A stretch of DNA of 64,000 nt, taken from the IMG/VR virus record IMGVR_UViG_3300006153_000003; one strand, written 5' to 3'. Origin of the DNA: a virus. Lineage: Duplodnaviria; Caudoviricetes. Below are positions 1 through 9,558 of this stretch, piece after piece. Under the pieces are notes generated by a model. It had not been told where the DNA came from, did no database searches, and saw only the letters and a list, made by a program, of their open reading frames with translations. Position 1 is the first letter of the stretch. Each line of letters starts with the position of its first letter. The translations under genes were made by a program, and so were the position numbers.

Positions 1-385
1 TCTCTTTCCCTTCTGAATCTTTCCCACTGATATAATCATTCACATCTATAAGCGTATTCATCTCGCTTATAATCTTGACACAATCGTCCCAGGCGTTTTT
101 CAAATTCAAAAGAGCATCTTTCATACATTCACTAAGTATTCTCTTTTTACTACAAGAATCTGTATAGAATGTAATATAAAAATATCCCTCTCTTTCAAAT
201 GAGCATTCTGCAACTTCTTCCATACTATCCAATTCATGCAAAATAACATCTATCATATTTATGACATCAATAAACTCTACTTTTAATCTTTCTACCAGAT
301 CGCTTATATAGAATGTATAATTATCATACGTACATTCTAACATCCCGACTTTTACCATGTATTCTGCTATTTCCTTCGCCGTCAT
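1..385 (-). CDS. hypothetical protein (3' end runs off window)
   Basis: Read by hand: ATG at 385 after GAGGTG, open frame MTAKEIAEYMVKVGMLE... to the window edge. Confidence 0.6.
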   Translation of the reverse strand, partial: MTAKEIAEYMVKVGMLECTYDNYTFYISDLVERLKVEFIDVINMIDVILHELDSMEEVAECSFEREGYFYITFYTDSCSKKRILSECMKDALLNLKNAWDDCVKIISEMNTLIDVNDYISGKDSEGKE

Positions 386-572
386 AAACATTTAAGCACC
401 TCACATTTCTATGTATCACCTTTAGCTTATCATTTCTTCTCATAACAATCAAATCCAACGACTGACCTATATACTGCCATCCGTCAGCTCTAAGGCTATT
501 CATAAGATTTGTTTCTTCTTCTAAATTATTTACGCTGCATTCTGTTAAAATCATTCTGTTTCCTCCATTCAT
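324..572 (-). CDS. hypothetical phage protein
   Basis: ORF track; internal GGAGG suggests the true start is slightly downstream (MILTE). Confidence 0.55.
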   Translation of the reverse strand: MNGGNRMILTECSVNNLEEETNLMNSLRADGWQYIGQSLDLIVMRRNDKLKVIHRNVRCLNVYDGEGNSRIHGKSRDVRMYV

Positions 573-733
573 TACCTAACATATACGTTTACATCTTTCT
601 CCAGATCATAAAACCATTTATATCCTGGATACTTTTCATCTTCACCGAAATCGATAAGATTGTACTTTTTATCCAGCTCATGCAGATCAAATTCGTTCCA
701 ATTGCAAATTATTTTTTTGATTTTCCCTTCCAT
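572..733 (-). CDS. small hypothetical protein (53 aa)
   Basis: Read by hand: GAGGAG RBS, MEGKIKKIICNWNEFDLHELD...VNVYVR*. Confidence 0.65.
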   Translation of the reverse strand: MEGKIKKIICNWNEFDLHELDKKYNLIDFGEDEKYPGYKWFYDLEKDVNVYVR

Positions 734-745
734 TTTTTTATCTCC

Positions 746-970
746 TCAATATCCAAATACTATCCAGTGTATCAGAAACAAGATTGGAATAATTACCATA
801 GTGGCAACTGATTTATAACAGTCTCTTTCTTCTTTTTTCTTCTGCCGTTCTTCTTCCTGGATGATTCTTCTTGCCTGATCCAAAGTGTAATAATCATATT
901 CTGCAACAACAAAACTATTTCCTTCCATTTTTTCTTCACCTTCCTGGCATGTAATATTTTTTTCCTTCAA
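746..970 (-). CDS. small membrane protein
   Basis: C-terminal hydrophobic segment; in leftward gene array. Confidence 0.65.
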   Translation of the reverse strand: MKEKNITCQEGEEKMEGNSFVVAEYDYYTLDQARRIIQEEERQKKKEERDCYKSVATMVIIPILFLIHWIVFGY

Positions 971-1124
971 AGTTTATGAAGGGATTAACTCCACAACGAA
1001 TAACTACTGTATAAGTATTCTCCTGAGAATTGTATAAACTAGCCTTATTTTCTCTGCACACATCATCCGTGGAATTCAAATTGCAATAATTTAATAAATC
1101 TCTTCTATCACTCATACTTTTCAC
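936..1124 (-). CDS. hypothetical protein
   Basis: ORF track, collinear with leftward array. Confidence 0.55.
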   Translation of the reverse strand: MKSMSDRRDLLNYCNLNSTDDVCRENKASLYNSQENTYTVVIRCGVNPFINFEGKKYYMPGR

Positions 1125-1210
1125 CCCTTTTATTTTGCTTTTATGAGCACTATAAAACGGCTATAGATATATATTCTCCATAGCCGTTCTAACTACTCAT
1201 AAAATTGTTT

Positions 1211-1612
1211 TTACCGTTCCCAATAATATCTCGTTCCATCATTAAAATGAAATTGAATTCCTTCTTCTGTTGCTTTATAATCAATTACATCTTTCATATT
1301 CACACGCATATCAATACTATCTGCTACTTTATTCTCCAGGCTCTCCATGATATCCGCATAACTTCTATTCTCAGGATCGTCTAACTGATTTCCAACGTCC
1401 TTCAATTCAAAACATGGATAATCATATTCTCCTATGAAGCAACATGCAATATCTTCCAATGGAATACACTGATCAAGTGCAATGTATCCTTCCGGGATGT
1501 ATGGTATTATCTTCGTTTTTATCTGAGTAGTTCCTAAAAAGTAGGAACCAAAAATCATGGCTCCTACTGCACAAGCTTTCAAAATCTTCTTCATAGTTCT
1601 ATCCCCCTTCAA
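1211..1612 (-). CDS. membrane-anchored/secreted hypothetical protein
   Basis: N-terminal MKKILK + hydrophobic stretch; C-terminus resembles the 6569..6793 product. Confidence 0.7.
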   Translation of the reverse strand: MKGDRTMKKILKACAVGAMIFGSYFLGTTQIKTKIIPYIPEGYIALDQCIPLEDIACCFIGEYDYPCFELKDVGNQLDDPENRSYADIMESLENKVADSIDMRVNMKDVIDYKATEEGIQFHFNDGTRYYWER

Positions 1613-2166
1613 AATATAAACAATGCCTTTTTATAATTTTTATCTCGGATTGTTTTCCAATTTGTAATAACTACACTTCCATCAGGTGATACAATACCTC
1701 GAAGCTCATGCCACCCTTCCGGCTTTTCAGTTACAATATCTAACCCATTTTCATATGCGTATTTTTCACATCTTTCCATTTTCTCCTGTGTTGCACTTTT
1801 CCCCGTTGCAGATTCAAAAAGACGAATTGCTTTATCAATTAATTTCTGTTTATTCTCTTCCGTGTTCTCAAACATCCAATCAAAATTGATAACACTTCCT
1901 TTTCCATCTTCTCTTATTTTTGTTTGTGGATTATATCTACCATAACATTGTCCTTCTGAGTCTCTACAATAAGTATGAATACATAAATATGTATCTAAAA
2001 TATTATCGGTATATCCTGCTTTATACCATAAATAAGGAAGAGAATTTTTGCCTCCAGGATTTTCACATTCTGTCAATTCAATCGTGAGTGTTTCTTCTTT
2101 TTGATTTAAATCTGTTACATAAATCCATGTTGTTTTTCCAGTTCTTTTTGTAGTATATTTCATCAA
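1609..2166 (-). CDS. hypothetical phage protein
   Basis: 185-aa ORF, RBS, coupled to neighbour. Confidence 0.8.
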   Translation of the reverse strand: MMKYTTKRTGKTTWIYVTDLNQKEETLTIELTECENPGGKNSLPYLWYKAGYTDNILDTYLCIHTYCRDSEGQCYGRYNPQTKIREDGKGSVINFDWMFENTEENKQKLIDKAIRLFESATGKSATQEKMERCEKYAYENGLDIVTEKPEGWHELRGIVSPDGSVVITNWKTIRDKNYKKALFIF

Positions 2167-2188
2167 AATAAATACCTACCTTCCTATC

Positions 2189-2662
2189 CTAGTAATTTTC
2201 ATCAAACCATTTTTCTGTAGCTTCTCTTTCTTTCTGATAAGTTTCCCTATCATTAAAAAGAGTTAATGTTGTGTCACCTTCACACCATGTATAGATCAGC
2301 ATTTCTTCATCATTAAATCCGAAACCAGAATAATAAAATCCATACGGGGCATAATTCAGCTTAAGATTTTCTTTATCTCTGTACCACTTTTCCAAACTAT
2401 CATAAATAAAGCCACGTAACATATAATTCCCATTTTTGTCCGTATCTTCTCCATCAAATACTGCATTGATATATTTTGCTGTATCTTCTTTAACTTGCGG
2501 ATATGCGGATAAATCTAAAGGAATGATTTCAATATCTTCTTTTTTATAATCCTCAAAAGTATACCTATCATGTGGATCATATGCCCGTGATATACACTTT
2601 TGTAAATGTTCATGATATTCATTTCTTGTCATTCTCAATTTTTCCATTATATAAATCCTCAC
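2189..2662 (-). CDS. hypothetical phage protein
   Basis: 157-aa ORF in leftward array. Confidence 0.8.
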   Translation of the reverse strand: MRIYIMEKLRMTRNEYHEHLQKCISRAYDPHDRYTFEDYKKEDIEIIPLDLSAYPQVKEDTAKYINAVFDGEDTDKNGNYMLRGFIYDSLEKWYRDKENLKLNYAPYGFYYSGFGFNDEEMLIYTWCEGDTTLTLFNDRETYQKEREATEKWFDENY

Positions 2663-2665
2663 TTT

Positions 2666-3349
2666 CTAAGTATATAGCCGCTCAGTTCCATGTTGTACAT
2701 TTTCACCTTTAAAACAATCACCGCAATATTCCCATATTTCAGAATTAACCCGTTTAAATGTGTCGAATGTATATTTTTCTTTCCCGTTCTCATCAATTCT
2801 GCTGCTAAATGGTTCTCCAACCTGTGAGCAATCGTTTCTCATACAGACAGGAGGCAAACAATCCATTAAATCATCTACAATTTCATCTTCTACAAGATCG
2901 CCAATCTCCAATGCACTTGTTCCATAATACCAATCTTTGTTATATACCATTTTTCCGTCATGTATTCGACATTCTTTCAATGCTTTTCCTTCAAAGATTG
3001 TTTCTCGAATATATACGTCATGTGTCATCCACGGTAAAGCCTGATAGCATTTCTTATATTTTTCAGCTATTTCCTTTTCTGGGAATACTATTGGATTACC
3101 AGCATGTAACGTATAATTTCCGTGATTATATACAACTTCATATCCTGTTTTTGTGATCCAGTCTGGAATATTGACTTCAATTTCATATCCTTCATCAACA
3201 CTCCATCCTACTGCCTCCGTATCATATTCACTTACAGGCTCACCAACTGCTTTATAACGATAACTTGCTACTTCTTTCTTTCCTTTCTCCGTAAGTACAA
3301 AATGTTTTCCTTTATCAGCCTGATACCATCCATCTGTTCTTAGCTTCAT
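2666..3349 (-). CDS. hypothetical phage protein
   Basis: 227-aa ORF with AAAGGA RBS. Confidence 0.8.
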   Translation of the reverse strand: MKLRTDGWYQADKGKHFVLTEKGKKEVASYRYKAVGEPVSEYDTEAVGWSVDEGYEIEVNIPDWITKTGYEVVYNHGNYTLHAGNPIVFPEKEIAEKYKKCYQALPWMTHDVYIRETIFEGKALKECRIHDGKMVYNKDWYYGTSALEIGDLVEDEIVDDLMDCLPPVCMRNDCSQVGEPFSSRIDENGKEKYTFDTFKRVNSEIWEYCGDCFKGENVQHGTERLYT

Positions 3350-3527
3350 TATCTCAATCCTTTCTCTTCATTATTATATATATTTCTGTTTTCCGTTTCG
3401 TTCATGCTTATCAGCGTCGGACTTCTACCGACGGACGGAACATACAAGACGATGATATTTTTCTGCGTCGGTCTGACATCAAGACCTTTCATTTTTTATA
3501 GTTGTTGGTGGCAATTTCAACTTTTAT

Positions 3528-3621
3528 AACAACTTTTTAGTTGTTTTTGTTGAGATTATAATAACACAACTTTTTAGTTGTGTCAACTATATATTTGTTA
3601 TTTTCTATTTTTTAGTTGTTA
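3528..3621. promoter_or_regulatory. repeated palindromic operator ACAACT-TTTT-AGTTGT
   Basis: Two full copies (~3529, ~3566) and a partial copy (~3610) next to the XRE-HTH gene. Confidence 0.55.
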
Positions 3622-3663
3622 ATTAAACAATTTAAAAAGCACTATGCAATCAATACATAATGC

Positions 3664-3876
3664 TTATTCTGCCTTGCTTCCATTAGGAAAGATAAAAAAT
3701 GAATGGTACTCACATCCCATTATAGAAGCCATCTTCTCAAGTTCATCCTGCGTAAATTTTCCAACTTTTAACCGTTTTGATATATTTTGTTGAGACATTC
3801 CCATTCTTGCGCCTAACTCAGTGACAGAAATTCCTGCCATTGCACATGCTGATTCAACTTTTTGCTTTATAGTAAT
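3664..3876 (-). CDS. XRE-family helix-turn-helix regulator, probable ATT start
   Basis: Read by hand: GAGGAGG + 8 nt + ATT; (M)TIKQKVESACAMAGISVTELGARMGMSQQNISKRLKVGKFTQDELEKMASIMGC, a classic XRE HTH. Confidence 0.8.
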   Translation of the reverse strand: MTIKQKVESACAMAGISVTELGARMGMSQQNISKRLKVGKFTQDELEKMASIMGCEYHSFFIFPNGSKAE

Positions 3877-3889
3877 CTCTCTCGCCTCC

Positions 3890-4102
3890 TCAGACTAATT
3901 TAAAATCTCTAATAATGCAATAAATACAATCATTATCATTTGTTTTTCGACATACTCTATAGCAATCACGAATATTTTTTTCTTGGTCTGTGAAATTATT
4001 CCATTCGTTTTCCGCAATTCGCACAGCTTCTTCTTCCGAATTAAATTCTTTATATTTTTTAACTTCTCCTTTTTGCTCCTCAACAATATAATATTTATCC
4101 AT
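3890..4102 (-). CDS. hypothetical protein
   Basis: 70-aa ORF with AAGGAG RBS. Confidence 0.7.
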   Translation of the reverse strand: MDKYYIVEEQKGEVKKYKEFNSEEEAVRIAENEWNNFTDQEKNIRDCYRVCRKTNDNDCIYCIIRDFKLV

Positions 4103-4284
4103 AACTCAATACTCCTTTATTTTTCTCAATTCTATTATATCAGAATTCACTACATTTTCAAGCTATTTCTTATTTAATGCTTTCAAACTACTATAAAAGG
4201 CAGATACTTTATACTTCTGTATCTGCCTTTTGTTCATTGTGTTTTCTCCCTTCAAATATCCCTTTCATCGGGTAACTAATACTA

Positions 4285-4521
4285 TTATTCTCCCAGTTCC
4301 ATTAGAAAAGAAAGATATTTTCTTAAGTCTTTTCTGATTTCTATTAATTTTCTCTCGGATTCTTCAGCTCTCTCTTCATACTCCGAAGCAATTCTATACC
4401 AAGCTTCTTCATCTTTATTTTTCGCATGACTGATAAATTCGGCTGCCGAATTTCTGTAAAATTTAAGACCTACCATTTCTGTCTCTTCTTTTCTTAGTAA
4501 CTCTAATAGTGATTTATCCAT
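4285..4521 (-). CDS. hypothetical coiled-coil protein
   Basis: 78-aa ORF with GGGAG RBS. Confidence 0.7.
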   Translation of the reverse strand: MDKSLLELLRKEETEMVGLKFYRNSAAEFISHAKNKDEEAWYRIASEYEERAEESERKLIEIRKDLRKYLSFLMELGE

Positions 4522-4537
4522 AATATATTCTCCCTTC

Positions 4538-4918
4538 CTACCTAACTATTACCATCTTCGCCCCTGATGACCATGCCCTACGTTCTATAAAATCCTCTGC
4601 GCTGTCGTGCTGGCTGTCAGCTGTCGGTATCATTTCACCGTTCCTGATTTCCATAACAGACAACTGCAAAAATCCAATCTTTTGGGTAGAACGATGAAGA
4701 GCATACCGCATAAAGCTTGTATATTCCGGTTTCTCCACCTTACAAGTGTCCCAGTAAGCTATTTTATTCTTACCAGACGATATTGCATTGTATATTTTCT
4801 TCCACGTATCTTTTATGGCGCTTTCCTGTCGGTCAAGTTCTTTTTTAAGCTCTTCATTACCCATAATTTCAAATGGATTCAATGTGATTCTGGGAATCTG
4901 TATTTGCATCTGGAACAT
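4538..4918 (-). CDS. hypothetical phage protein
   Basis: 126-aa ORF with GAGG RBS. Confidence 0.75.
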   Translation of the reverse strand: MFQMQIQIPRITLNPFEIMGNEELKKELDRQESAIKDTWKKIYNAISSGKNKIAYWDTCKVEKPEYTSFMRYALHRSTQKIGFLQLSVMEIRNGEMIPTADSQHDSAEDFIERRAWSSGAKMVIVR

Positions 4919-5021
4919 TCTAAAAACCTCTCTTTCTTCCTACTACAATATATTTATGGTTAATCTCCCTTACAGCCAGTAAGGAATTACCCATCTTGTT
5001 GCTTTAGCTGTTAGAATGTAG

Positions 5022-5200
5022 AGAGCAATCGGTATATCGGATTCCTCCTTGGACTTCGCGTCCGTTAAATAGTCTGATAACCAGCTCCTCATTCGCAGCA
5101 TTCGTTTTATGCAGGTTGAACCGCCCACAAAGGTGCGTCCGCGTCACACCACAGTAGATTGAATCGGCAATGAGTAAAACTGGTCCTTACCATTGCTTAC
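5022..5200 (+). ncRNA. putative IS110 bridge RNA
   Basis: Non-coding end upstream of the recombinase folds into two internal loops whose strands match the donor junction (TGCAGGTT 5110-5117, ACAG 5151-5154) and the target flank (TTAAATAG 5065-5072). Confidence 0.75.
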
Positions 5201-5222
5201 AATAGAAGGAGTGACATAATAT

Positions 5223-6440
5223 ATGAATATGAACGCTATCGGTATTGATGTTTCCAAACGTAAAAGCATGGTTTCCATCCTCCGCCCAGGCGGTGAAGTC
5301 GTGGCCAAACCTTTTGAAGTATCTCATTTATCCAAGGATCTCCGATCATTGATTCATCGGATCAGAGCCCTTGATGGAGAATCTCGTATCGTCATGGAGT
5401 GTACCGGACATTACTATGAGACCATTGCCCATGAGCTTGTCTCTGCCGGTCTGTTTGTCAGCGCTGTAAATCCACAGCTTATACGTCATTATCAGGACGA
5501 AGACAACTCCCTGCGGAAAGTAAAGTCCGACAAAGCAGATTCCCTTAAAATCGCACGCTATACACTTGACAGATGGTCAAAATTGAAACAATATGGTCTT
5601 ATGGATGAATTACGCAATCAATTAAAGACCATGAACCGCCAGTTTGGCTTCTACATGAAGCACAAGACTGCCATGAAAAACAATCTGATCGGCCTTCTTG
5701 ACCAAACTTATCCCGGTGTAAACACCTATTTTGACAGCCCTGCCCGCGAAGACGGAAGCCAGAAATGGGTTGACTTTGCGGACTGCTACTGGCATGCAGA
5801 CTGTGTCCGTAAGATGTCTGCGGACGCTTTTGTTGACCACTATCAAAAGTGGTGTCACCGCAAGAAGTACAACTTCAGCAAAACAAAAGCTGAAGAAATC
5901 TATGAAACAGCCAAGGAACTGGTTTCTGTACTTCCAAAAGATGTCTTTACCAAACGTATCATCAAACAGGCGGTTGAGCAGTTAAATACTGCATCCCGAA
6001 CTGTTGAACAGCTCCGTTCTCTAATGAACGAAACCGCAGCCAAGCTTCCAGAATACTCTGTCGTTATGGCGATGAAAGGCGTAGGCCCCTCCCTGGGTCC
6101 ACAGCTAATAGCAGAAATCGGAGATGTGGCACGCTTTACCCATCGGAACGCCATTACCGCATTTGCTGGTGTTGACCCAGGTGTAAATGAATCCGGGGAT
6201 TACTCTCAAAAAAGTGTCCATGCATCAAAACATGGTTCCCCCGCGCTCCGTAAGACCCTATTTCAGGTCATGGACGTTCTAATTAAGACCAAGCCACAAG
6301 ATGACCCCGTGTATTTGTTCATGGACAAGAAACGTGCGCAAGGCAAGGCTTACTATGTCTACATGACAGCCGGGGCAAATAAGTTTCTCCGGATTTATTA
6401 CGGAAGAGTCAAAGAATATTTGGCTTCCCTTCCACAATAG
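5223..6440 (+). CDS. IS110-family DEDD transposase/recombinase
   Basis: GIDVSK, MECTG, KSDKAD (DEDD RuvC-like) and GVGP...AEIGD...FAGVDP...ESG C-terminal domain. Confidence 0.97.
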   Translation: MNMNAIGIDVSKRKSMVSILRPGGEVVAKPFEVSHLSKDLRSLIHRIRALDGESRIVMECTGHYYETIAHELVSAGLFVSAVNPQLIRHYQDEDNSLRKVKSDKADSLKIARYTLDRWSKLKQYGLMDELRNQLKTMNRQFGFYMKHKTAMKNNLIGLLDQTYPGVNTYFDSPAREDGSQKWVDFADCYWHADCVRKMSADAFVDHYQKWCHRKKYNFSKTKAEEIYETAKELVSVLPKDVFTKRIIKQAVEQLNTASRTVEQLRSLMNETAAKLPEYSVVMAMKGVGPSLGPQLIAEIGDVARFTHRNAITAFAGVDPGVNESGDYSQKSVHASKHGSPALRKTLFQVMDVLIKTKPQDDPVYLFMDKKRAQGKAYYVYMTAGANKFLRIYYGRVKEYLASLPQ

Positions 6441-6568
6441 CAGAAATTACATAACTCAAGCAATTCACAAAACCAGCGTTCTACGGTGGTCTGGTTGTTG
6501 TACGCATTTTTCCTACATAAAACTTTTTCAAAAAATATTCAATTTTCTATTGACTTTTTATTTGCAGG

Positions 6569-6793
6569 CTATTTATAATGACAACTCGTGCCATCTTCAA
6601 AATATAGTGTCAATCCATCTTCCGCTTCCGCATAGATTACTTTCTCCAAGTCTACAGAATCCACCTTCTTCGGATCCGTGTATGCGTGCCTTGCAAATGC
6701 AATCTTTCCAGCATCCAATACAATCAACCCCGCCAACAATGCCAATACTATTCTTTTCTTCATTCTCTTCACTTCCTTCCTTGATTTTTCCAT
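6569..6793 (-). CDS. small secreted/membrane protein
   Basis: MKKRIVLALLAG signal-like N-terminus; its TAG stop overlaps the IS110 CT core. Confidence 0.7.
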   Translation of the reverse strand: MEKSRKEVKRMKKRIVLALLAGLIVLDAGKIAFARHAYTDPKKVDSVDLEKVIYAEAEDGLTLYFEDGTSCHYK

Positions 6794-6835
6794 AAAAAAG
6801 ACTTGCGACTTCTTACGGCCACAAGTCTAAAAATC

Positions 6836-6955
6836 TTACTCATAATCTTCCGGATTATAATTTTCTGGATACATCTGCGCGTATACTTCTCTGCAGGCAG
6901 TGTCTTCATCTAGTCCCATATCCATTAACTCTTCTATCATTTCAAGATAATTCAT
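6836..6955 (-). CDS. small acidic protein (39 aa)
   Basis: Read by hand: AGGAGG RBS, MNYLEMIEELMDMGLDEDTACREVYAQMYPENYNPEDYE*. Confidence 0.65.
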   Translation of the reverse strand: MNYLEMIEELMDMGLDEDTACREVYAQMYPENYNPEDYE

Positions 6956-6967
6956 GCTCTTCCCTCC

Positions 6968-7471
6968 TTATGCTGAAATCATCTCAGGTTCCATTGTCCG
7001 AGTCTGGAAACGTTCAGAACCATACATATTCCGGATATCTTCCATACTTCTTTCTACTTTTCCACGCTTCTTATATGGTTCAAAATGAAAATACCAGGCA
7101 GATTTTTTCCGACTCCACATAAAATGTAATTCTTTTAAGATGGACTTTGCCGAGAAAGTATCACCGGTTACCCATAACCAGGATCCACACAATTCGATTA
7201 CGATTCCAGGTACTTTCATCAGTGTGTTGATGATATCCATGTACTGTTCTGCCGTTTCACTGGTTTCTTTAGTATTAGTATAGGTTTCTCCTTGGGCATT
7301 AGTATGAATATCTTTCAATCTCTTCCATACTTTCTCAAAATCCGCTTGCATCTTCTGGAATTCCGCTGTGGTATCTTCCGTATTGCAATCTGGATGCAAT
7401 TCACGCGCAAGTCTTTTATATTCTTGCTTTGCTTCTTCTGCTGTTTTGCAGTTCGTAAAATATGTAGTCAT
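6968..7471 (-). CDS. J-domain (DnaJ-like) protein
   Basis: AKQEYKRLARELHPD...AEFQKM, J-domain HPD motif. Confidence 0.88.
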   Translation of the reverse strand: MTTYFTNCKTAEEAKQEYKRLARELHPDCNTEDTTAEFQKMQADFEKVWKRLKDIHTNAQGETYTNTKETSETAEQYMDIINTLMKVPGIVIELCGSWLWVTGDTFSAKSILKELHFMWSRKKSAWYFHFEPYKKRGKVERSMEDIRNMYGSERFQTRTMEPEMISA

Positions 7472-7577
7472 AATTGTGATCTCCCTTCTACTTTCTTAAT
7501 TTTTCCATCTTTTCAACAAAAAGACCAATATCTTTTTAGGGATATCAATCTTAAAATCTTTGAAATCTTAAATTTAC

Positions 7578-7712
7578 TTAATATTCCATCTGCTCAGAAT
7601 AAAGATGTGAATACTCCTCACACTCTTTTCTTTTTGGACATCTGTTGCAATCAGCTTCATACTGACTACAGACTTTTTCTAAAATCTTTTCTAATTCTTC
7701 TAATCTTGTCAT
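7578..7712 (-). CDS. small Cys-rich protein (44 aa)
   Basis: Read by hand: AGGAGG RBS, C-x6-C-x2-CP-x3-EC pattern. Confidence 0.6.
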   Translation of the reverse strand: MTRLEELEKILEKVCSQYEADCNRCPKRKECEEYSHLYSEQMEY

Positions 7713-7812
7713 TATATTGTCCTCCTGTATAATTTATATTTATATTTTCTATAAAGAAAAAAGTCCCACACTTTTTTAGGAATATGAGACTTATTTTATT
7801 ATCTCCGTGATG

Positions 7813-8064
7813 CTATCTTACGATAGTAGCGCATGACGCCGTGTCGTGTGATTCTCCAATCTTTTTTATATCACAGGGATTTACGGACTCCCTAACGGTC
7901 TTTATTTTTATCCTGATGGCTTTTACTGTACTTTCCTTGAATTTCCACACCGTCTGACCATTCCAGCATTTAAATTCTAACGCGCTTTTCCATTGCGTGT
8001 ACAATCTGTTTTTAATGGCAGATGTACAAGCTGCCACAATGCCGGCACAATTATTATAGTGCAT
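7813..8064 (-). CDS. hypothetical protein
   Basis: ORF track; start uncertain. Confidence 0.4.
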   Translation of the reverse strand: MHYNNCAGIVAACTSAIKNRLYTQWKSALEFKCWNGQTVWKFKESTVKAIRIKIKTVRESVNPCDIKKIGESHDTASCATIVR

Positions 8065-8200
8065 TGCCGATCTTGAGCACTATATATTACTTCGCGTTGA
8101 CATCACATTCCTTTTTATAAAGCAATTGACCGCTTTTATAAGTGTTTCCGTCCTCTTATTTAAAAAGGGCTTGCCACTTGACAAGTCCTGATTTTTTTCC

Positions 8201-9037
8201 TTATTTTACAAGGTATTCGATTGCAAGTTTAGAGATCACTTCATAAAACCGTGTGAAATCATATGTAGTTTTCCCTTCTTTATCTCTCTTGCGCTGAATC
8301 AACGTCTTCAGTGTACGCCCTTCATACCTGATTTCATTGCTTTTACCAATTCTTGAAAATCTAACATTCAGAGAACGTACATATAAATTGTGTATATACG
8401 CTAAATCTGTCTTATTAAATTTCATATTGATCTTTTTTGTCATATCTGTCTCAATTGGAAGTGAAAACAGAGACTTTATAATTTTTCCAATCTCCGCAGC
8501 TGAGAAAGAATAATCATTCCGTTGATTTTCACCGTCAACTAAACATCCCATCTCATCAATGTCACGGTCTTCCAATTGATGAATGCGTTCCATTGCTTCA
8601 TACAGTTGCACGTTTTCAATCCTATTCATAACCACATATTTATAAAGCTTAGAATTTTCCTGACATGCTGTAAGTCTCAAAACATTTCTAACGGCATATT
8701 CATCATTCTTTACATATTCATTATGAGATTCTGCGATATGATTGACTGTATATTCCCATCTCGGCTTTAATGCTTGCATTGTCTTAAAGTTATCCTTAAT
8801 TTCTTCCTCAAGCTTTTCGATCTTCCTTTTGATTCCATTTATTTCATCCTCAGATAAAGTTTCATCCTGTAAAGATTTAGTCAGAGATGCTACTTTTTCA
8901 TTCAAAAGTGTGTTTGTCATGTCCAGTCCTTCATAGCGTACTGCTGCTGAAACCAGATCAATTGACTTACAACTAACGATTTCTTCACGGACGCACGCCT
9001 TAATATTATCTGCTACTTTAACATATGTAAATAACAT
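8201..9037 (-). CDS. hypothetical phage protein (first large gene of leftward array)
   Basis: 278-aa ORF with AAAGGCGG RBS. Confidence 0.85.
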   Translation of the reverse strand: MLFTYVKVADNIKACVREEIVSCKSIDLVSAAVRYEGLDMTNTLLNEKVASLTKSLQDETLSEDEINGIKRKIEKLEEEIKDNFKTMQALKPRWEYTVNHIAESHNEYVKNDEYAVRNVLRLTACQENSKLYKYVVMNRIENVQLYEAMERIHQLEDRDIDEMGCLVDGENQRNDYSFSAAEIGKIIKSLFSLPIETDMTKKINMKFNKTDLAYIHNLYVRSLNVRFSRIGKSNEIRYEGRTLKTLIQRKRDKEGKTTYDFTRFYEVISKLAIEYLVK

Positions 9038-9444
9038 AATTACACCGCCTTTTCTATGCTAAATCTATGTGAACATGTTTCTATTTTCTATATGTATTTT
9101 TATCCCGCTTTTTCTCAATTACAGTCTGTCAGTCTGTAAAATCAGCGGTGGGGTCGGGCAATTTCAGCCCTTAGACTTAACTCTAGCCTGTTAACTTTTC
9201 CCCTTTTCATATTCTTATGAGGATGGTTAGCAACTACCCAGTAACCTTTTCTGGCAGATTACGCGATTCTTAATTTCTAGCCGCCCCATATGGGCATTTT
9301 AGCATCAATTTCAGAAATCAACCCTTAAATTGTCAATGTACAGGGATTTTGATATCATCTATATTTCCGTCAAATTAAGACAGAACCATACCAAATTAAG
9401 GTAATTATATAAATGACTTTTTTCGGGAATTTCCATTGTCAGAA

Positions 9445-9550
9445 TTGACAATTCTTTAGAAATGCGTTATACTTCACTTGCTTAAGGTAGAAGAGTTAAC
9501 GCTTTTCTAGGAAATTTCCCTATCTTCTTTGGAAGATGGGGATTTTTCTT
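9445..9550 (+). ncRNA. candidate ~70-nt sRNA with own sigma-A promoter and terminator
   Basis: TTGACA(9445)-17-TATACT(9468); two hairpins, the second with a U tract (9517-9550); no ORF. Confidence 0.5.
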
Positions 9551-9558
9551 TCTAATCC

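Larger units (their letters stand above)
5008..6570 (+). mobile_element. IS110-family insertion sequence, CT core at both ends
   Basis: CT at 5008-5009 and 6569-6570; joining the ends gives TTGACT(6550)-17 nt-TAGAAT(5012), the typical circle-junction promoter; higher GC than flanks; no terminal IRs. Confidence 0.85.

Noticed and set aside
4521-4534. GGGAGAATATATT as another copy of the GAGAA promoter-like motif
   Set aside because: Fully explained as the RBS and spacer of the 4285..4521 gene
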